Part shown: positions 1 through 21,983 of the stretch, piece after piece | How the letters are laid out: every line of letters starts with the position of its first letter | Position numbering within the stretch: position 1 is the stretch's first letter | DNA from: Tubiluchus corallicola | Lineage: Eukaryota; Animalia; Priapulida | Assembly: GCA_030141605.1 (NCBI GenBank) | Contig: JAQGDQ010002376.1 | Coordinates: 230,422 to 294,421 of the forward strand | Direction: 5' to 3' | Length of the DNA: 64,000 nt | Program-made: the position numbers and the translations under genes | The notes under the pieces: model-generated | The model's database searches: none | The model's input: only the letters and a program-made list of their open reading frames with translations | Told to the model about the DNA's origin: nothing

Positions 1-3000
1 GTGTATAAAACAAAAACTGGACACTGGTCAATACAAGAACCCATGGGAATATGTAGACGATGTCTGGTTGATGTTTGACAATGCTTGGGTGTATAATAAG
101 AAAAACACCAGAGTTTACAAATTCTCCTCAAAGGTAAGTCTGAATTACGTGATATTGACTTTCTCTATAACTGTTGTTAATTAAAATTATTACTAATAAT
201 CTTGCTAAATGTCCATTAAGATTCAAGCACATTTTGCAGGTATTTGAGTATTGAGTTTCTCTAGAATATTGACATTATTTGGAACTGATAATAATCATGA
301 TAAATGTAGTGTGTGATTTACGCATTTACCTCTGGCTGATTGCTAATTCATTTCTCTTGAAATAAAGAATTGCAACCTAATTATTTTTTACTGTGCTTTG
401 CAGTTAGCAGAAGTATTTGAACAAGAAATAGATCCGGTCATGCAGAGTCTTGGATTTTGCTGTGGCCGGAAATGGGTCTTCCAACCCCAATCTTTGTTTT
501 GCTATGGGAAGAATTTGTGCACTATACCACGTGATGCTATTTACTACAGTTATTTAAACAGGTATACTTTACAAAATTATTTAAAAGCTTGTATTTTGCT
601 AACATCACACTAGGTACCAACTTGGTAGTAATTCAGCACTTTTATATTAACTTCAAAGTTCTTTCATTGAACATTTATGCCTAGCTAGTATATTTAGTTT
701 GTGTATTCAACTTGTCAGTCAGTCAGCCAGTCAGTCATTTGCCCGGCTGTCATGTGAAAATTCCTCTTCTTTCTGGTGCATGAGGTCATTGTTGAGTAGT
801 TGCTTAACTACGCTCTCTGCATGTTCGCTTTGTACTTGAATTGGAATAAAAGGTGTGCATGTATTGCTGAATTTGGATTGTTAATCTGCATATGTTGAAT
901 ATTGATTGATTGAATTTCATGAATAACTCTAGTGAAATTTTTCATTTTGCTGTTCAACCAATTTTTAAAATTTTTCCCTCCCGAAAATTTCTGTCAATGC
1001 AAATAATATTGGAAAAGATATTGCTAAATCAGTGTTGTGTCGAGCTAAACGATGAGTAGGTAGGTTTTCTTATCAATCTTTATTTCCTAAGGGAAGCAGC
1101 AATAATATTGCAGTGATTAAAAAATGAATTAACTTGAACTTATGGAAATACTAGTTTTGTAAATATTATGTGTCATTTAAAAACATGTCAGTAAAGTTTA
1201 TATCTACCTAATAAAATTTAAAGTGAATTTTTCAACTCACAATCTTACTTTCTAATAATTTATAATATATATTACAAGTTCTGTGCAAATGCAAACAAGA
1301 ATACAGTTGCCAATGTTTTTCCTTTTTGCTGTCCGACAAAAAAAATCTGTGTGAAATTAAATAGTAAACAGTGAGTTCACAAACTGCATGTTTCTCAGAA
1401 ATTTTTTTGTTAAACTGGGCAATTTGAATTGAGGGTCCATTTCCTACCGTATTGACGATTGTATGTGAATGAGAGGTGTAATTCAAATTGTGTTGAATGA
1501 GGTGCCTGATAAGTTGCCTTTTTGTATTGGTTCTTGTTTTTAGCATAATTTTTTACTAAGCTGGCCCGTGAGTTGTAAAAGTACTGCATGTGTCGTAAAT
1601 ATAGTATACATCAGAACACTATGTCTGCTTGGTGCATTTTTGTAGATGAGATTTTCACCTTTTTCATTTATGAGTGTTTGCATTAGCACTGTATAAACAA
1701 TTCTTGCTGTAGCTGAGGTTTTATATATTGTATATATTGTTTCAAACAACAAACAATAAAGGCAAGGAAATTTCCCCTGAAACACAACCTTTACGTGTCA
1801 AAATGCTATTATGCAATTTCTTTATAAAGTAGCGAAATACATAGTCGTGTGATTTGCTCTAGGGAAATGTAATGTTTTGTAGCTCTAGTTCTAGTTGTTT
1901 TTATTTGTTTGTGTGAGCATACTAAAACATTTGTTTTTCTTAATACATACACAATTATACTTTATGGGGTATTACTTTTCTGTTTTTCCAGTTTGTGTTT
2001 TATATTGTTTTTAAATTTTTCTTGCTTTTGTAGTTACTGGAGCTTTCTAACTTTGCATATGTTTTGTCTGTCTTTGTTTCATGTGCTTGCACGCTTTGTG
2101 CTTGCTCCCATTAATTTGTCCCTGGCCGGGCTCATGTCATGACTGTGCTGCCCTCGTGTAACAATAAAGTCAAAGAAAATTGGGACTTCTCTATGACAGA
2201 TATGTGTACTGCCAGCGGTGCTTTTTGGAGCTTCCTGGAGAAACGGTGACACTGACCGATGACCCTTCACAACCACAAACGTGAGTTATTGCTATTACAT
2301 TTCCTTTAATTGTAAAAATTTATGCTGTCAGCATACAAAGTTCTTACAAAATGTACATACAGTTCCATTAATGGTTCAACATATTTGTTGTATCATTGGT
2401 AATTTCTAGGTTATCCAGTAATAGCATGTAAAAAAATGCCTTTCTTTGTACAGGCTTTAAAAGGATTGTTCTTTAGGAGCAATCCCAGAACTTTGCCACC
2501 GGTGATAGTTAACAATAGTTAGCAATTAATAACCTGACAAAACAGTGTTTCACAGGTTCTAATTTTAGTTTTTGACAATCAGTCAGCCATAGTTAAGCTA
2601 GTTTCTATCATATACCATCGTCGACTCATCATAAAGTTTTGCAGTCAGGTCAGACAGTCCGAACACCACATACTATGTTGTGCTAACTCATCGCGAAAGT
2701 CTACTAATTGAAATTTCTTTATTTTCACAAGATAACTAACTGTTGAAATGAATCGAAAGTAGGAAACAAATATTAAACTGAGTTTCTCAAAATATTTCGC
2801 CTTGGGAGCCTGGAATATATTATTTCCATTTCAACAAAAAAGGTTTGTCAGATTGAATGAAATAGGCAAAGTTTCTCTTTCGTAATTGTATTACACAATC
2901 AGAAATCGTACTAAAATAAAATAATTAAGCACTTTGTCGAATAGCTGACCTTCTTTTGACAAAATATGTATATTAAACACATTTCTCTTTACAGATGTAT

Positions 3001-6000
3001 AACTAAGTCAGAATTTCAAGAGAAAAAGAATGATCAGTTAGAATTGGAAGCGTTCGTTGACTGTTTGGAATGTGGCCGTAAGCTGCATCAAATCTGCTCC
3101 CTGCATTTTCCACAGATCTGGTCTGGGGGGTAAGTTACTTCTGTGTGTAACTCATCTATTTTGTTTTGTTCTCGTACTGGCTAGGTTTCCACTGGTAAAT
3201 CTCATAACTAAAAGTAGTGAATTCTTAAATTCCAAGAAGAGTACACAATTTTTGTTTTCAGTTAGCAGTAGTGTATAGTAACTAAAAGTATTTGTAGTCT
3301 TAGTCAACTAAAATTTATAATTTCACTTTGTTGAAGATATTTTTGTGGGTTGAAAAATACTTTGATATTCATGTTTTACAGTTGTGATCATTTTGATCAA
3401 ACAATTACTAATTAAATGAATTTTCCAGATTTGTCTGCTCCTTGTGCTTGAAAGCAGCAGGACGATCCCGGAAAGAGAACAAGTTTAATTCAAGACGTAA
3501 GTTCTGTGGTGAACCGACTAATGTCATAATGACATAGTTATGACAATAACTATAACTTATAATGATATCACGATAGAAATTATTTTTGAAATATTACTTC
3601 TATCTAATAAAATGGTGAATTAAATGCTAATTTTCTACGACTGCTTTCAAGTTCACCAGTTAATTAAACATTCTTTTTGTAGGAACTTTGTGTATAAGAA
3701 ACTTTTCATAACTTCTTGTTGCTTGGTTTTACTTCATTATTTAGAGCAAGATGCTTTTTATTGATCCCATTTATACCTATGTCTGTTTTATGAAGTTATT
3801 GATAGATAAATGCGGTTGCATCACAAATATTCAAATTTCTCTTATCCTGTAGTTGCTTTCCGTTTCAGCAGTTAGCAATTTATCTCTTCTGTTTTTGCAT
3901 AGGTCTGCAGAGTACTCAATTGGGTACATTTATTGAGAATCGGGTGAACAAATTCCTGAAAGCCAAAGGCTGCGTCGGTAGCGAAGTGACCATTCGGGTC
4001 GTTTGCAGTTCTGACAAGGTTGTTGAAGTTAAACCAGGGATGAAAGCAAAGTAGGTTATGCAGCATTTCCTTTTTGAGAAGCCTGTTTGCTTGTTTGACT
4101 TTTTACTTTGTTGAAGAATACTATAAGTAGTTTTACAATGATTGTGTTTAATTCTTCATATTTTAATAAATGCATTCAGTGCACTAACAGGTTGATTACC
4201 AGGAATGAATACATTATTATTATTGCTCCATTAGTGTCTTGAATATATGATCACTTTATGAATGGAAAACTTTAAAAAGCACTGTGTAAAACAAATTTGT
4301 ATTTCTTGGTATTAAACAATTTTTGACATGAGAACGATAAAAAATTTTATATTGTTTGAAAATTGCAATGTGTCATTTTCTGTTGCAAAATATTGCTTTG
4401 GCAAGCAGTAATTCGTATTATTAACATTCCCTTATTATTTTGCTACAGATACACTGATGAAAACCTTTTTTCTGATTCATTTCCGTATCGGGCAAAAGCT
4501 CTTTTTGCTTTTGAAGAGATTGATGGAACCGAGGTGTGTTTCTTCGGAATGCACGTACAAGAGTATGGGCCAGATGCTCCACAGCCTAACACACGGTAAA
4601 AAAAACTTGAACATTTTTGTTAAGCGATGTGAAGAAACATATTGTGTAATATATTGTGTGCACTGTATACTGCAACTTTTATTTTGTACTGACAATATAT
4701 TGAAGTTGCATCTCCTAACTAAGTTTTTATTTTTCATAGGCGTGTCTATATATCATATTTAGACAGTGTGCATTTCTTCCGACCAAGGGAATATAGAACA
4801 GCCGTGTACCATGAAATTTTAATTGGCTACATTGAATTCGTTCGGAAGCTCGGGTATGTTTGTTATATTGTTTATTTTTCTCGGTAAATCCGTACATAGA
4901 TTAATTGGTTGGAGAATGAAAATCTGAATTTGTATCAAACTTTGGCAGATACCTATGGGCACACATTTGGGCATGTCCACCAAGCGAAGGCGATGATTAC
5001 ATCTTTCATTGCCATCCACCTGAGCAGAAGATTCCCAAACCAAAACGTCTACAAGAATGGTATAAGAAGATGTTAGACAAATGCAAAGAAGAGCAAGTCA
5101 TAATTGATTTTATGGTAATTACCTTAATGATGATAGTAATACTTGAATGTGTATATCTAAATGCCGCTTATGTTGTTACTGAAAGCCATCATTACATTAA
5201 CGTCCGTTACTTCGCTTGCAGTTAATACCATTATAAATGTATTTTTTAAACTGATGATACCAGTGACACACTAAATACATTTATAACTTATAGGATATCT
5301 ACAGTGATTGTCAACAAAACAACATGACCACCGCCACCGATTTGCCCTACTTCGAGGGTGACTTCTGGCCCAATGTGCTCGAAGAGAGCATTAAGGAGCT
5401 AGATCAGGAGGAGGAAGAGAAACGGCGACGCGAGGAGGCAGAAGCGCTGGAAGCTGCTGCCACTGCTGCTCAGGTGATGGAAAACAATGGGGAATCAAAT
5501 GATGGCATCGATATGATGGAGGTAAGGCAGTCAGTTTAAATATTGGTGTCTATATAGTTGTGTTCGAATTCTGCATATTGAAAATTTTGCATATAACTTG
5601 TCTGATACATATAACATGTGTTCAATATGTATTCTGAATTTTAGCCTCTGAATCCCAATGGCAAGAAGAAAGGCAAGGGCTCAAAGAAGAAGTCAAGTAA
5701 ATCTAAATCCAGTCAAAGGAAATCTAGTAAGAAGAGTCTAAGCACAGTTGGATGTGACCTGTCCCAGAAGGTTTCCAGTGTAATGCTCAAACATAAGGAG
5801 GTAAAACACTACATGTAAATGCATGAAAATGGGAAATCTCACATTTGGTTTTAAAAAATTTTGGAAGCTTTATCAATTTTGTGTGTGCATTTGTTTTTGA
5901 AGTTAGATTTTGAAACTAAATATGTATAACTACCTAATTTTTGTGCCAAACATTATTCAGCCACAAGAATTTTTTATATTATTCAAAATTTCTTCTCGCT

Positions 6001-9000
6001 TTATAGGTGTTCTTCGTTATTCGGTTGCAACCATTAGACTGGGATCCTAGCCCCATAGTTGACCCTGATCCTTTAATTTCGTGTGATCTGATGGATGGTC
6101 GTGATGCCTTTCTCACCGTTGCTCGTGAGAAACATCTAGAATTTTCGTCTCTTCGCCGTGCCAAATATTCAACAATAGCAATGTTGTACGAGTTGCATAC
6201 TCAGGGGCAGGATCGTTTTGTTTACACATGTAACAGCTGCCGAGTGTCATGTGAAACGCGTTACCACTGTGTTGTATGCGAGGTAATAATGTTTGCACTG
6301 CACATTGTTTGTTTTCTTGTGTTTATTATTTTTTCGGCTGTTTGCAAATGAACCAAATGTGGTCTGACTCACTGAGTCAACTAAAACCTGACAGTTATCC
6401 GTACTTTTAATATTCATGGGTGATTTAGAGTGTCATACATTGGGGATGTTTATCTATACATACGTTTTTAATTTAGGCGTTATTGTGTGTTTATTACAGG
6501 ACTTTGACTTGTGTGTACAGTGTTACCGAACTTCAGGACATGAGCACAAAATGGAAAGACTTGGGCTGGATTTAGATGATGGTCAGAATGCAAGTGGTGA
6601 CAAAGCCAATGGTCAAGACTCACGCTATCAATCAATCATGCGTTGTATTGAGTCACTGGTGCACGCTTGTCAATGTCGGGACGCCAACTGTCGCAATACT
6701 AGCTGCAAGAAGATGAGACGAGTTGTGACGCATACTAATTCGTGTAAAAAGAAGGCTACCGGTGCTTGTAATATATGTAAACAGTTGATTGCCTTGTGTT
6801 ATTATCATGCTAAATTATGTAGAGTAGAAAGATGTCCTGTGCTCTTCTGCCCTAATATCAAGATAAAATTAAGACTACAGCAGCAACAGCAAAGAATGCA
6901 GCAGGTAATGTACTTAAAATTAAATAGCGGTAGAAAGTATTTTTAATGACGAAAATAATGAAATGTACAATTGACAGTAAAGGCAAAGCGTTATTCATAT
7001 TTGTGATATATTTACACAGCAGTGAACAGTTTTGTAGTATAGCAGTAATGTGTCTCAAAAACTTATATTCTACTCCACAATATGTTTAGAATGAATAAAT
7101 ATAATAAATGAGAATAGAGCAAGAATTGTGATAATCGTCTTTGGTAACTGATGTTGAAAACTTCCGACTTTAGTGTACATTTGAGAAAGTGTGTGATTTA
7201 AAATTTATGCCTTGATATTTGGTATGCATTGCTTATACTCAAATGTTTTTCTATTGTACTATGCTTTACAAATTCGCCTTATTCCATCACTGTTGGCATA
7301 TAACACAGCTTTGTGCTACATTTATTAGATTTGAACTTTGTGTATGACTAACTCACTTGTAACAATGCTACCACATTGTTGGTTTTATTAATACTTTGAG
7401 TGATTTTTTTTACATTTTTGTCTTCAGGAGCAACTGATGCGTCGACGGATGGCTATTATGACAAGACAGATCAGTAATAATTCGAACGACAGTGCTTCTT
7501 CCACCCCGCAGCCTTCAACGCCACAGTCGTCTCGCACTCCTGTTAATGCGCTACCACCGCACTACCAAAACAGTGCCGCAATGAAACCAGAAATGAATGG
7601 CAAACCTGGAACACCACCAGTTGGTGCCCTTCATGCTGCCGAGCAGGTACATTTTATCAACTATTTCATGAGACTAATGTAAATAATTATCTAGTGTTTT
7701 TTATTTGTATTGTGCACATTTGGTTTTTATTACCAGAATTGGTGATTTTATAACACAATTTTGAAGATTAAAATTTCCAAATGAAATCCTTTATGAAGCA
7801 CTGAGAAAACTCACCTAATTCATTGTCATCAACTAAGCAATAAACTGTAGGTACAAGTTCAATGGAAACTTATATAAAGATAGATAATACTGCAAAAGAC
7901 TAATAAATCAATTTATTTATAATATATTATAAATATTATAATAACGTTTATTATAACATTAGATTCGACAACAAGCAGCGAGACAATACATTTCTCCTAT
8001 GGGCAGTTATGGGAAAGGCGGTAGCATGGCTGATGGACCTGCGGCTTCAGTACCAGTGTCACAAGAAATGATGCGTCCACTACAACCGGGCTTTATTAAT
8101 CAACAGACTGGCATGCAACAGTCTAGTCCTTTGCGTGGCCAACTTCCTGGCATGCAGTTGTGTGTTCCATCCCAGGTGAAAACATTATAGTTACTATATA
8201 TTTTTTAAATTAATGCATTTAAGAAAATAACATTTTATCATCATAATAAAAGATGTGTCTGAACCATATAATTACTTGCAGCATCCACAACGAATGGGAC
8301 AGCCTCCTGTCATGATTAATAATCAAGATGTAGTGAATATGCAGCAGCATCAGATGCAAGGTTCACAACAAGCATTACAGCAACTGTTGACAACGCTAAA
8401 GTCACCGTCTTCAAATCAGCAGGAAGAAGTGCTGAGCATTTTAAAGTCAAATCCTGAGCTAATGGCTCAGTGCATCAAGAAGAGCAAAACAGCACAGAAA
8501 GAACAAGAGCTTGCGCAGCAAACACAACAGCAGTTTTATCAAAAATTTCAGCGTCAGTTGTCGGACGGGCATTCGGCACAGATGTGCGGGCAGCCACCAA
8601 CAGTAAGCATGAATTCGATGTCTATGGGTGGAAACCCATCAGGTGGTAAACCTGTAGCCATGAATCAGATGAGTATGGGTGGAAATCCAATGACTGTTGG
8701 CTGTAACACAGGTCAGATGGGCAGCATGCCAACCATGCTAAGTGGCAATCATATGAGCATTGCATCGAGTCAGCACAGTTTGATATGTAAACCAATGATG
8801 TGTGCAAGCGATAAACCATCACAATTAATGAGTAACAACAACCCACATATGATGTCGTTGAATGCTCATCAGACGCTTGGAACACGTGCGAGCATGAACG
8901 GAAATCAAATGGGAGGTAAACCGGGGCAAATGTTAAATCTCCGAGGTAGTTCTACTTTGGATGCACAAAATCAGCAACAACTTGCACATCAGCAGTGGTT

Positions 9001-9484
9001 AAAACAGCAGCAACAGCAGCATATGATGATGAATATGCCCCGTCAAAGAGTGCCAGCTTCCCATCAATTTCACCAGCCTCCAGCACCTCCGTATCCACAA
9101 GGAGGGCGACAGATGCATCAGCGAGCGGTAAATCCCCATTTATTAGCGCATGGACAGCCGCCACATCCAAGCCCTTCATCACAGCAGCTGATGCACCAAG
9201 TTTGCTCGCCACCTCCTAATCACACGCCCCCTGTGGCATCACCTCGCCAGCGACCAATGATGACACCATCTCCACGGCAACAACTCTCTCAGTCACCTCA
9301 TTTACCGACACATTCTCCTCATCCGGGTTTGATGGGTGCGGAGCAACAAATAGGTGGTGAAACGGTGCCTCTTCCTCAATCACAACAAAACCCTAGTGAG
9401 CAACTAGGAGTACCACCTGCATATGACAATTCGTCGCTTGCGATGCAGGATCAGTTATCACAGTTTGTAGTGGACCACTTGTAG
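1..9484 (+). CDS. CREBBP: CREB-binding protein / p300 histone acetyltransferase, 3' part (5' end lies outside the window)
   Basis: Phase-consistent GT-AG exons: 1-133, 404-561, 2200(or 2170)-2280, 2995-3129, 3429-3496, 3903-4050, 4449-4595, 4740-4853, 4949-5114, 5294-5521, 5645-5800, 6007-6282, 6500-6904, 7428-7646, 7963-8175, 8282-9484 (TAG). Motifs: bromodomain end ([16 protein letters not shown]), RING/PHD, HAT ([44 protein letters not shown]), Lys-rich autoinhibitory loop, ZZ, TAZ2 ([13 protein letters not shown]), NCBD ([13 protein letters not shown]...LKSNPELMA). Confidence 0.97.
2170..2280 (+). CDS. CREBBP: CBP RING-region exon with tandem alternative 3' splice sites (starts at 2170 or 2200)
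   Basis: AAG|T at 2167-2170 and CAG|A at 2197-2200 are 30 nt apart and in frame. The long form reads [22 protein letters not shown]. Donor AC|GTGAGT at 2280/2281. Confidence 0.8.
8282..9484 (+). CDS. CREBBP: CBP terminal exon (NCBD plus Q/P/M-rich tail)
   Basis: Acceptor TTGCAG ends at 8281; about 400 codons to TAG at 9482-9484; contains the NCBD/IBiD motif and ends [11 protein letters not shown]. Confidence 0.93.
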   Translation, partial: HPQRMGQPPVMINNQDVVNMQQHQMQGSQQALQQLLTTLKSPSSNQQEEVLSILKSNPELMAQCIKKSKTAQKEQELAQQTQQQFYQKFQRQLSDGHSAQMCGQPPTVSMNSMSMGGNPSGGKPVAMNQMSMGGNPMTVGCNTGQMGSMPTMLSGNHMSIASSQHSLICKPMMCASDKPSQLMSNNNPHMMSLNAHQTLGTRASMNGNQMGGKPGQMLNLRGSSTLDAQNQQQLAHQQWLKQQQQQHMMMNMPRQRVPASHQFHQPPAPPYPQGGRQMHQRAVNPHLLAHGQPPHPSPSSQQLMHQVCSPPPNHTPPVASPRQRPMMTPSPRQQLSQSPHLPTHSPHPGLMGAEQQIGGETVPLPQSQQNPSEQLGVPPAYDNSSLAMQDQLSQFVVDHL

Positions 9485-12400
9485 CTTTGGCTTTAGTACG
9501 TTTTGTACAGAAATTGTGAATAGTAATTAATAATAATAATGTTGTTATTTGTTGTTGTTGTTATTATTATTATTGTGAGATAATATAACGAGAACTAATA
9601 ATTATGTTGATTATAATATTGTGCATTTGTTTTTCTTGGGCATTTTTTTTTGAAATTGGCATTTTATTATGGTCTGAATATTTTATTTTGTAAGATTCGA
9701 AACATTGCCTGACCCTTTTGTGTCTGAAGTATTTAAATTAAAGAGGGTCTAAAATTTTGTATAAACGTCTAAAATGAAACGTGAATATGCTGTAAATTAT
9801 AACTAAAATGTACAAAGAACATGATTACAGAGTAGGTAGGTTTGTTGTTACCAATCTAATATATTTTCCATTTCATTAAACTGTAATTTTATAGATAGCT
9901 AGTTTATCAAGATAGCATTTATATCATAGTGGACTTAGCACCATCTAAGTTAGGGCAAATTTTATGTAAATACCTTATTTAGCTAACTTGATTTACAGTA
10001 CCGCTAGATCGTAGACAATCGTGACATTACGTTATCTAGCTAAAAGTGATTGAGACGGTTACATGTTTACTATATTGTTATTTTGGTGAATCTGTTTGTA
10101 CGTAATTTATTGGTAAATAAAGGAAGGCCGCACCGGTAAAGTATTCCTGTAAAAAATTATGCCAAAACTGTATACAAATCGGGTAATTGCATAGTTTTGT
10201 GTTGTGATTTTTATTTAGTTTATTGTTCATTAGCATTATATTTTAGCCGTGATTTAGTTCAATGTCTTGTTCTTTTCAGTGATGCTAAGACCCCCACGGA
10301 CAAACTAAGATGTTATTAATGCAGTTCGTTACTGTGTCATTAACTTTAATAATGATATGTTTATCAAATGCTCAAGTCCAAAAGTAAGATTGGGGAGTAA
10401 TCTGTCTTCTTTATCAGAACTTGTCACCAAAATATTGCATTTTATTCTGTAAAACCAAATCGTGGCTAAAAAAATTTGATTAAAATTTTGAAGAAACGTC
10501 TGTAATTTAACAATAACTGACAAAAACTTTGTTAAGGGCGTTATGGAATTGTAGCATTGAAGAGGAGAAATTTAGCATTGGAAATGGATTGTGCTGATTT
10601 TCATTTTCAGATTAAGCAAATTTTACTCAGAAATTCGTTCCAGTTATTTAGTGATATTAGTGCTTTATAAAAACCATATCATTGTCAACTGTTTGATAGG
10701 CGGCTTCATCAAAACATAGAATATTATGATTTCTAAATACTAAAATTGTAAATGATATCTTCATTTAGTGTTAAACACTTGTTACTGTATCTTTAAAATC
10801 TGTTGATTAGTGATTACCACTGTCTTGTATTAAAATAACTGTCAGAGCACACAGACACAAATTGTTTATCGCCAACTTGTTTATTATGCATTAAAATGCC
10901 TGTTGTCTATAAAATAAAATGTGTGCACTTTTATAGATTTTACCTGCTGTGTTTTTGTGTTTAATTAGCCTTTGTTGATTCACTTTTCTGGATCTACAAT
11001 GTTGAGAAATAATAATTAGGCTCTGCAAAGCATGGGAAATGAAAATTGCACGTTGAACAGCTGTGATCAGCATAAACACTGCAGTTATCATCTTGATCGT
11101 AGTCACCGTCATCTTTTTAATCGTTGTTATTATCAATAATGCTTTGACAGACAACAGTAAAAAGATGGAGTGTACATCAATTAAGAATACAATACAGTAA
11201 TTGCATTCATCATTATCATTGTCATCGCCACTTTCATTGTCATTTATTTTTGTTATTAAGTTTCTGTTGAGCATACTGTCAAATGATATGAGTATATAGT
11301 TAGTACGGATTCATTCCCTTCTACACACAAAACTGCAGAAAATATTCAAAAATAGGGTCTCTTTCACTACTGAAGACGGCACAGTGCCGCCTATGTTTTC
11401 CTTGTAAAGGACGGAAGGCGGCAGAGTGCCGCCCTAGGTCAGCACTAAGCGCAGTTACCCATGATTTCGCAGCTACGGCTATGCAAAAACATTGTAGAAA
11501 AGTTTAACAGCCGAGAGATTGTGGTTGCGTCGCAACAAGTAAGGCTAACTAGCCAATCAGCATCTGAAGCCAGGTGCATTCCAAATACTGTGTAGAACGT
11601 TTTCATGCAAAATTTCATGACAGTCACTTGTTCTGCATACTGATAAAATAATTGCGTATTATGGATTACTAATATGAACTTTTGTGTAAATTGGCTTCTA
11701 AATTTAAATATGTGCTTATTTGTGTGGGTGTGCGCGTGAGTGCATGCATGAGGGCATATATGTGTACCCATGCGTATAAATAAAACTAGTATTCAGAATT
11801 AATGTTTAATAACAAATGGCTATTTATTTATTTACAAGATTCTGTTTTAGTAACACACCACAAGAAGTACAAAAGCCAATGCGGCCCAGTTAAAAGCAAC
11901 TACGTAGTGAAAGTGTTAAGAGGAAACAAGGCGGAAGGTTGATATAATTTTATGAAGCGTGAAAATAGTATATTAGGCATGTCCAAATTTGTAAAATGTT
12001 TCACCTCAAGTATAATATCAGCATTGCTATGTAGATTACTGTAATACATCAATGGGTATACTGGGTAAGAAAAAATAGTCAGCATTGCCATATATTGTAA
12101 TTTTTGGTGAATAACCAAAAAAGCTGTCAAAGTAATTTTTTTGTTTAAAAACTTTATTTGCAGATTATATCTTTGAATTACTGTTTCACACTATGCACAT
12201 CAAAACAATTCAATTCAGACTGGATTTTTTCAACATTTGTACACGCTGATATCAACCAAATTTACAAACAACAATGCAATGCAATGCTAAATTTTCGTGT
12301 TTTGCCAAACATTTATGATAGTGAAATAATTGGACACTTGCAGTTGCACTAGAATTTTGACGACGCAAATATCATCAATGTAAGAAAATGTGGGAAAATC

Positions 12401-12924
12401 AGTGTCGTGTGCCTACAAACATTCTATCCGAAAACTATTCAATTTGTAAATAATGAGTTTCTGTTACTTTGTATTATGATAAAACATGATGCCAAAGATC
12501 TGTTAAAAATTAAAACGAGCATTTTTAATAAACTTACCATTGTAAAAAATAGCAAGTTACTGATTTAATACAAACAAATTACATTAATTTCTGTGCTACT
12601 GATGCAAACTGGTATCGTAAGCTTCTGATGTTGCGGTAGCTTGTTAGGCATGAACTCTAATTATTTAAATTGCAAATCTTCCTTCCTACTAACACATCTT
12701 TCAAACAAATTAGAGCACTGCTAGCCAATAATACTGTATTTTAAAAATTTCAAAAACACCCTCTTTTAACCTGCCAAGGTCATTTGATCAGTAAACCTAC
12801 TATGACTTTTTGATAAGATATGTGTTAGTATTAAACAATTCACAAACTAAAAACGAATAGTAACGGATCTTTAATTATTATATTAATGCAATAACTGCCA
12901 AAGACAAATGAATGTATGGACATA

Positions 12925-13491
12925 CAATAACCTATGTATAACTTGAACACCTCCGCACCGGAAAATTTGTTCAAGTTATGTGAACGTTTAGACGATGTTC
13001 ATCAGGAAACAAGATTAAGTCAATAAAGAATATCGGACAATACACTAGTAACACAACAACCAGTGAAAATGATAAACTGAGCCTTTGATCAAGTAACAAA
13101 CAATAATTTTATGAATAACCAAAAATACAATGACTGGTCCACTCTACTGTAGCCTGATTAACATGGTTGATAAAATTCGGCAATAATAATGTTGTGACCT
13201 ACATTAAATCACGTTCGTTAAGTAAGGTAATACAAGAAATCTTTGCAGTATTTTTGCTGAAACTAACAGTTAAAATCATAATGTGGCAGTAAGTCTACAT
13301 TTTCACGTAGAATTTCTCGCTTGGGAGGCTGTTCAAGACAGGCGAGGTAATTTCAATCAAATTCTTAAGAATTGTACCGGGAATTTGGTTCAAATTACGC
13401 AATGCTTGTTTAAGGGAAAAACAAAAGAGAAAATCCGTTCCAGGAGATCTGTTTGAGATACGGAAGAATTCGAGTTATACGTACTTTACTG
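12925..13491. mobile_element. Degenerate Tc1/pogo (Tigger-like) MITE
   Basis: Left end TA|CAATAACCTATGTATAACTTGAA versus reverse complement of right end TA|CAGTAAAGTACGTATAACTCGAA; TA flanks both ends; internal subterminal TTC(A/G)AGTTAT-like motifs. Confidence 0.55.
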
Positions 13492-13810
13492 TATCATTAA
13501 GCTAGTTTCTATTAACAGATGCTATTAACAGGAAATTTACAACCAGTTGCTGCTATCCATAGCAAACTGCTGTCATTGGTGATCAGCAACAGTTCACAGA
13601 AAGAAGTAAAACTGTTTTATTCCACGATAAACTTAAACAGCAAACAATTCCACGTTATAAGAAAAAACTCAATCACATGTTACCTACTACCACAGCACAT
13701 ATCACAAAAAAGCATAACAATCGCATCCCCGCTCCGCATTAAAAACAAACATGGGTCGTAAATATCTTGAGGATTTGGTCGAAAATACTGACGTCATTGT
13801 AAAAACGCTC

Positions 13811-21294
<7,484 letters not shown>

Positions 21295-21729
21295 CTTTCT
21301 ATGAGTATTGCTTGTTATGAAATTCGCGTTTTCCGCGAAAGTTAACGCTGTAGAGAAGGAATGTGCTGCCATCTACCAACCACTTTTGCAAAGAAATTTC
21401 ACGCACGTTAGAAGAAGCCAGAGTTTACTCAGCCGTGAAAATTTAGTAAGAATCTTTGATTCAGTAACGGTAAAAGAGGCTGATAATCTCCGAAGGATGA
21501 CAATCTCTTCTCTTCAGCAAATCAATTGTTTCCATCGTACCATTCTAAGAGAAATTGGAATGTTTTCAAAGGGTCTTCATTATTACTGATTTTTGTAGAA
21601 AAAAAAAGATAAATTCGCGACAATCTCTTATAAACGCATAACAACTGTAATTTTCTCATTTTTGAAATAATTGGTAGCTTCTGCGTTTTCCCCGTAAAGT
21701 ACTAAAAACATAATACACCAAGTTACAAC

Positions 21730-21983
<254 letters not shown>

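Noticed and set aside
10891-12352. Short ORFs between CBP and PRPS
   Set aside because: Low-complexity, AT-rich 3'-UTR sequence with no splice chain or recognisable domain.
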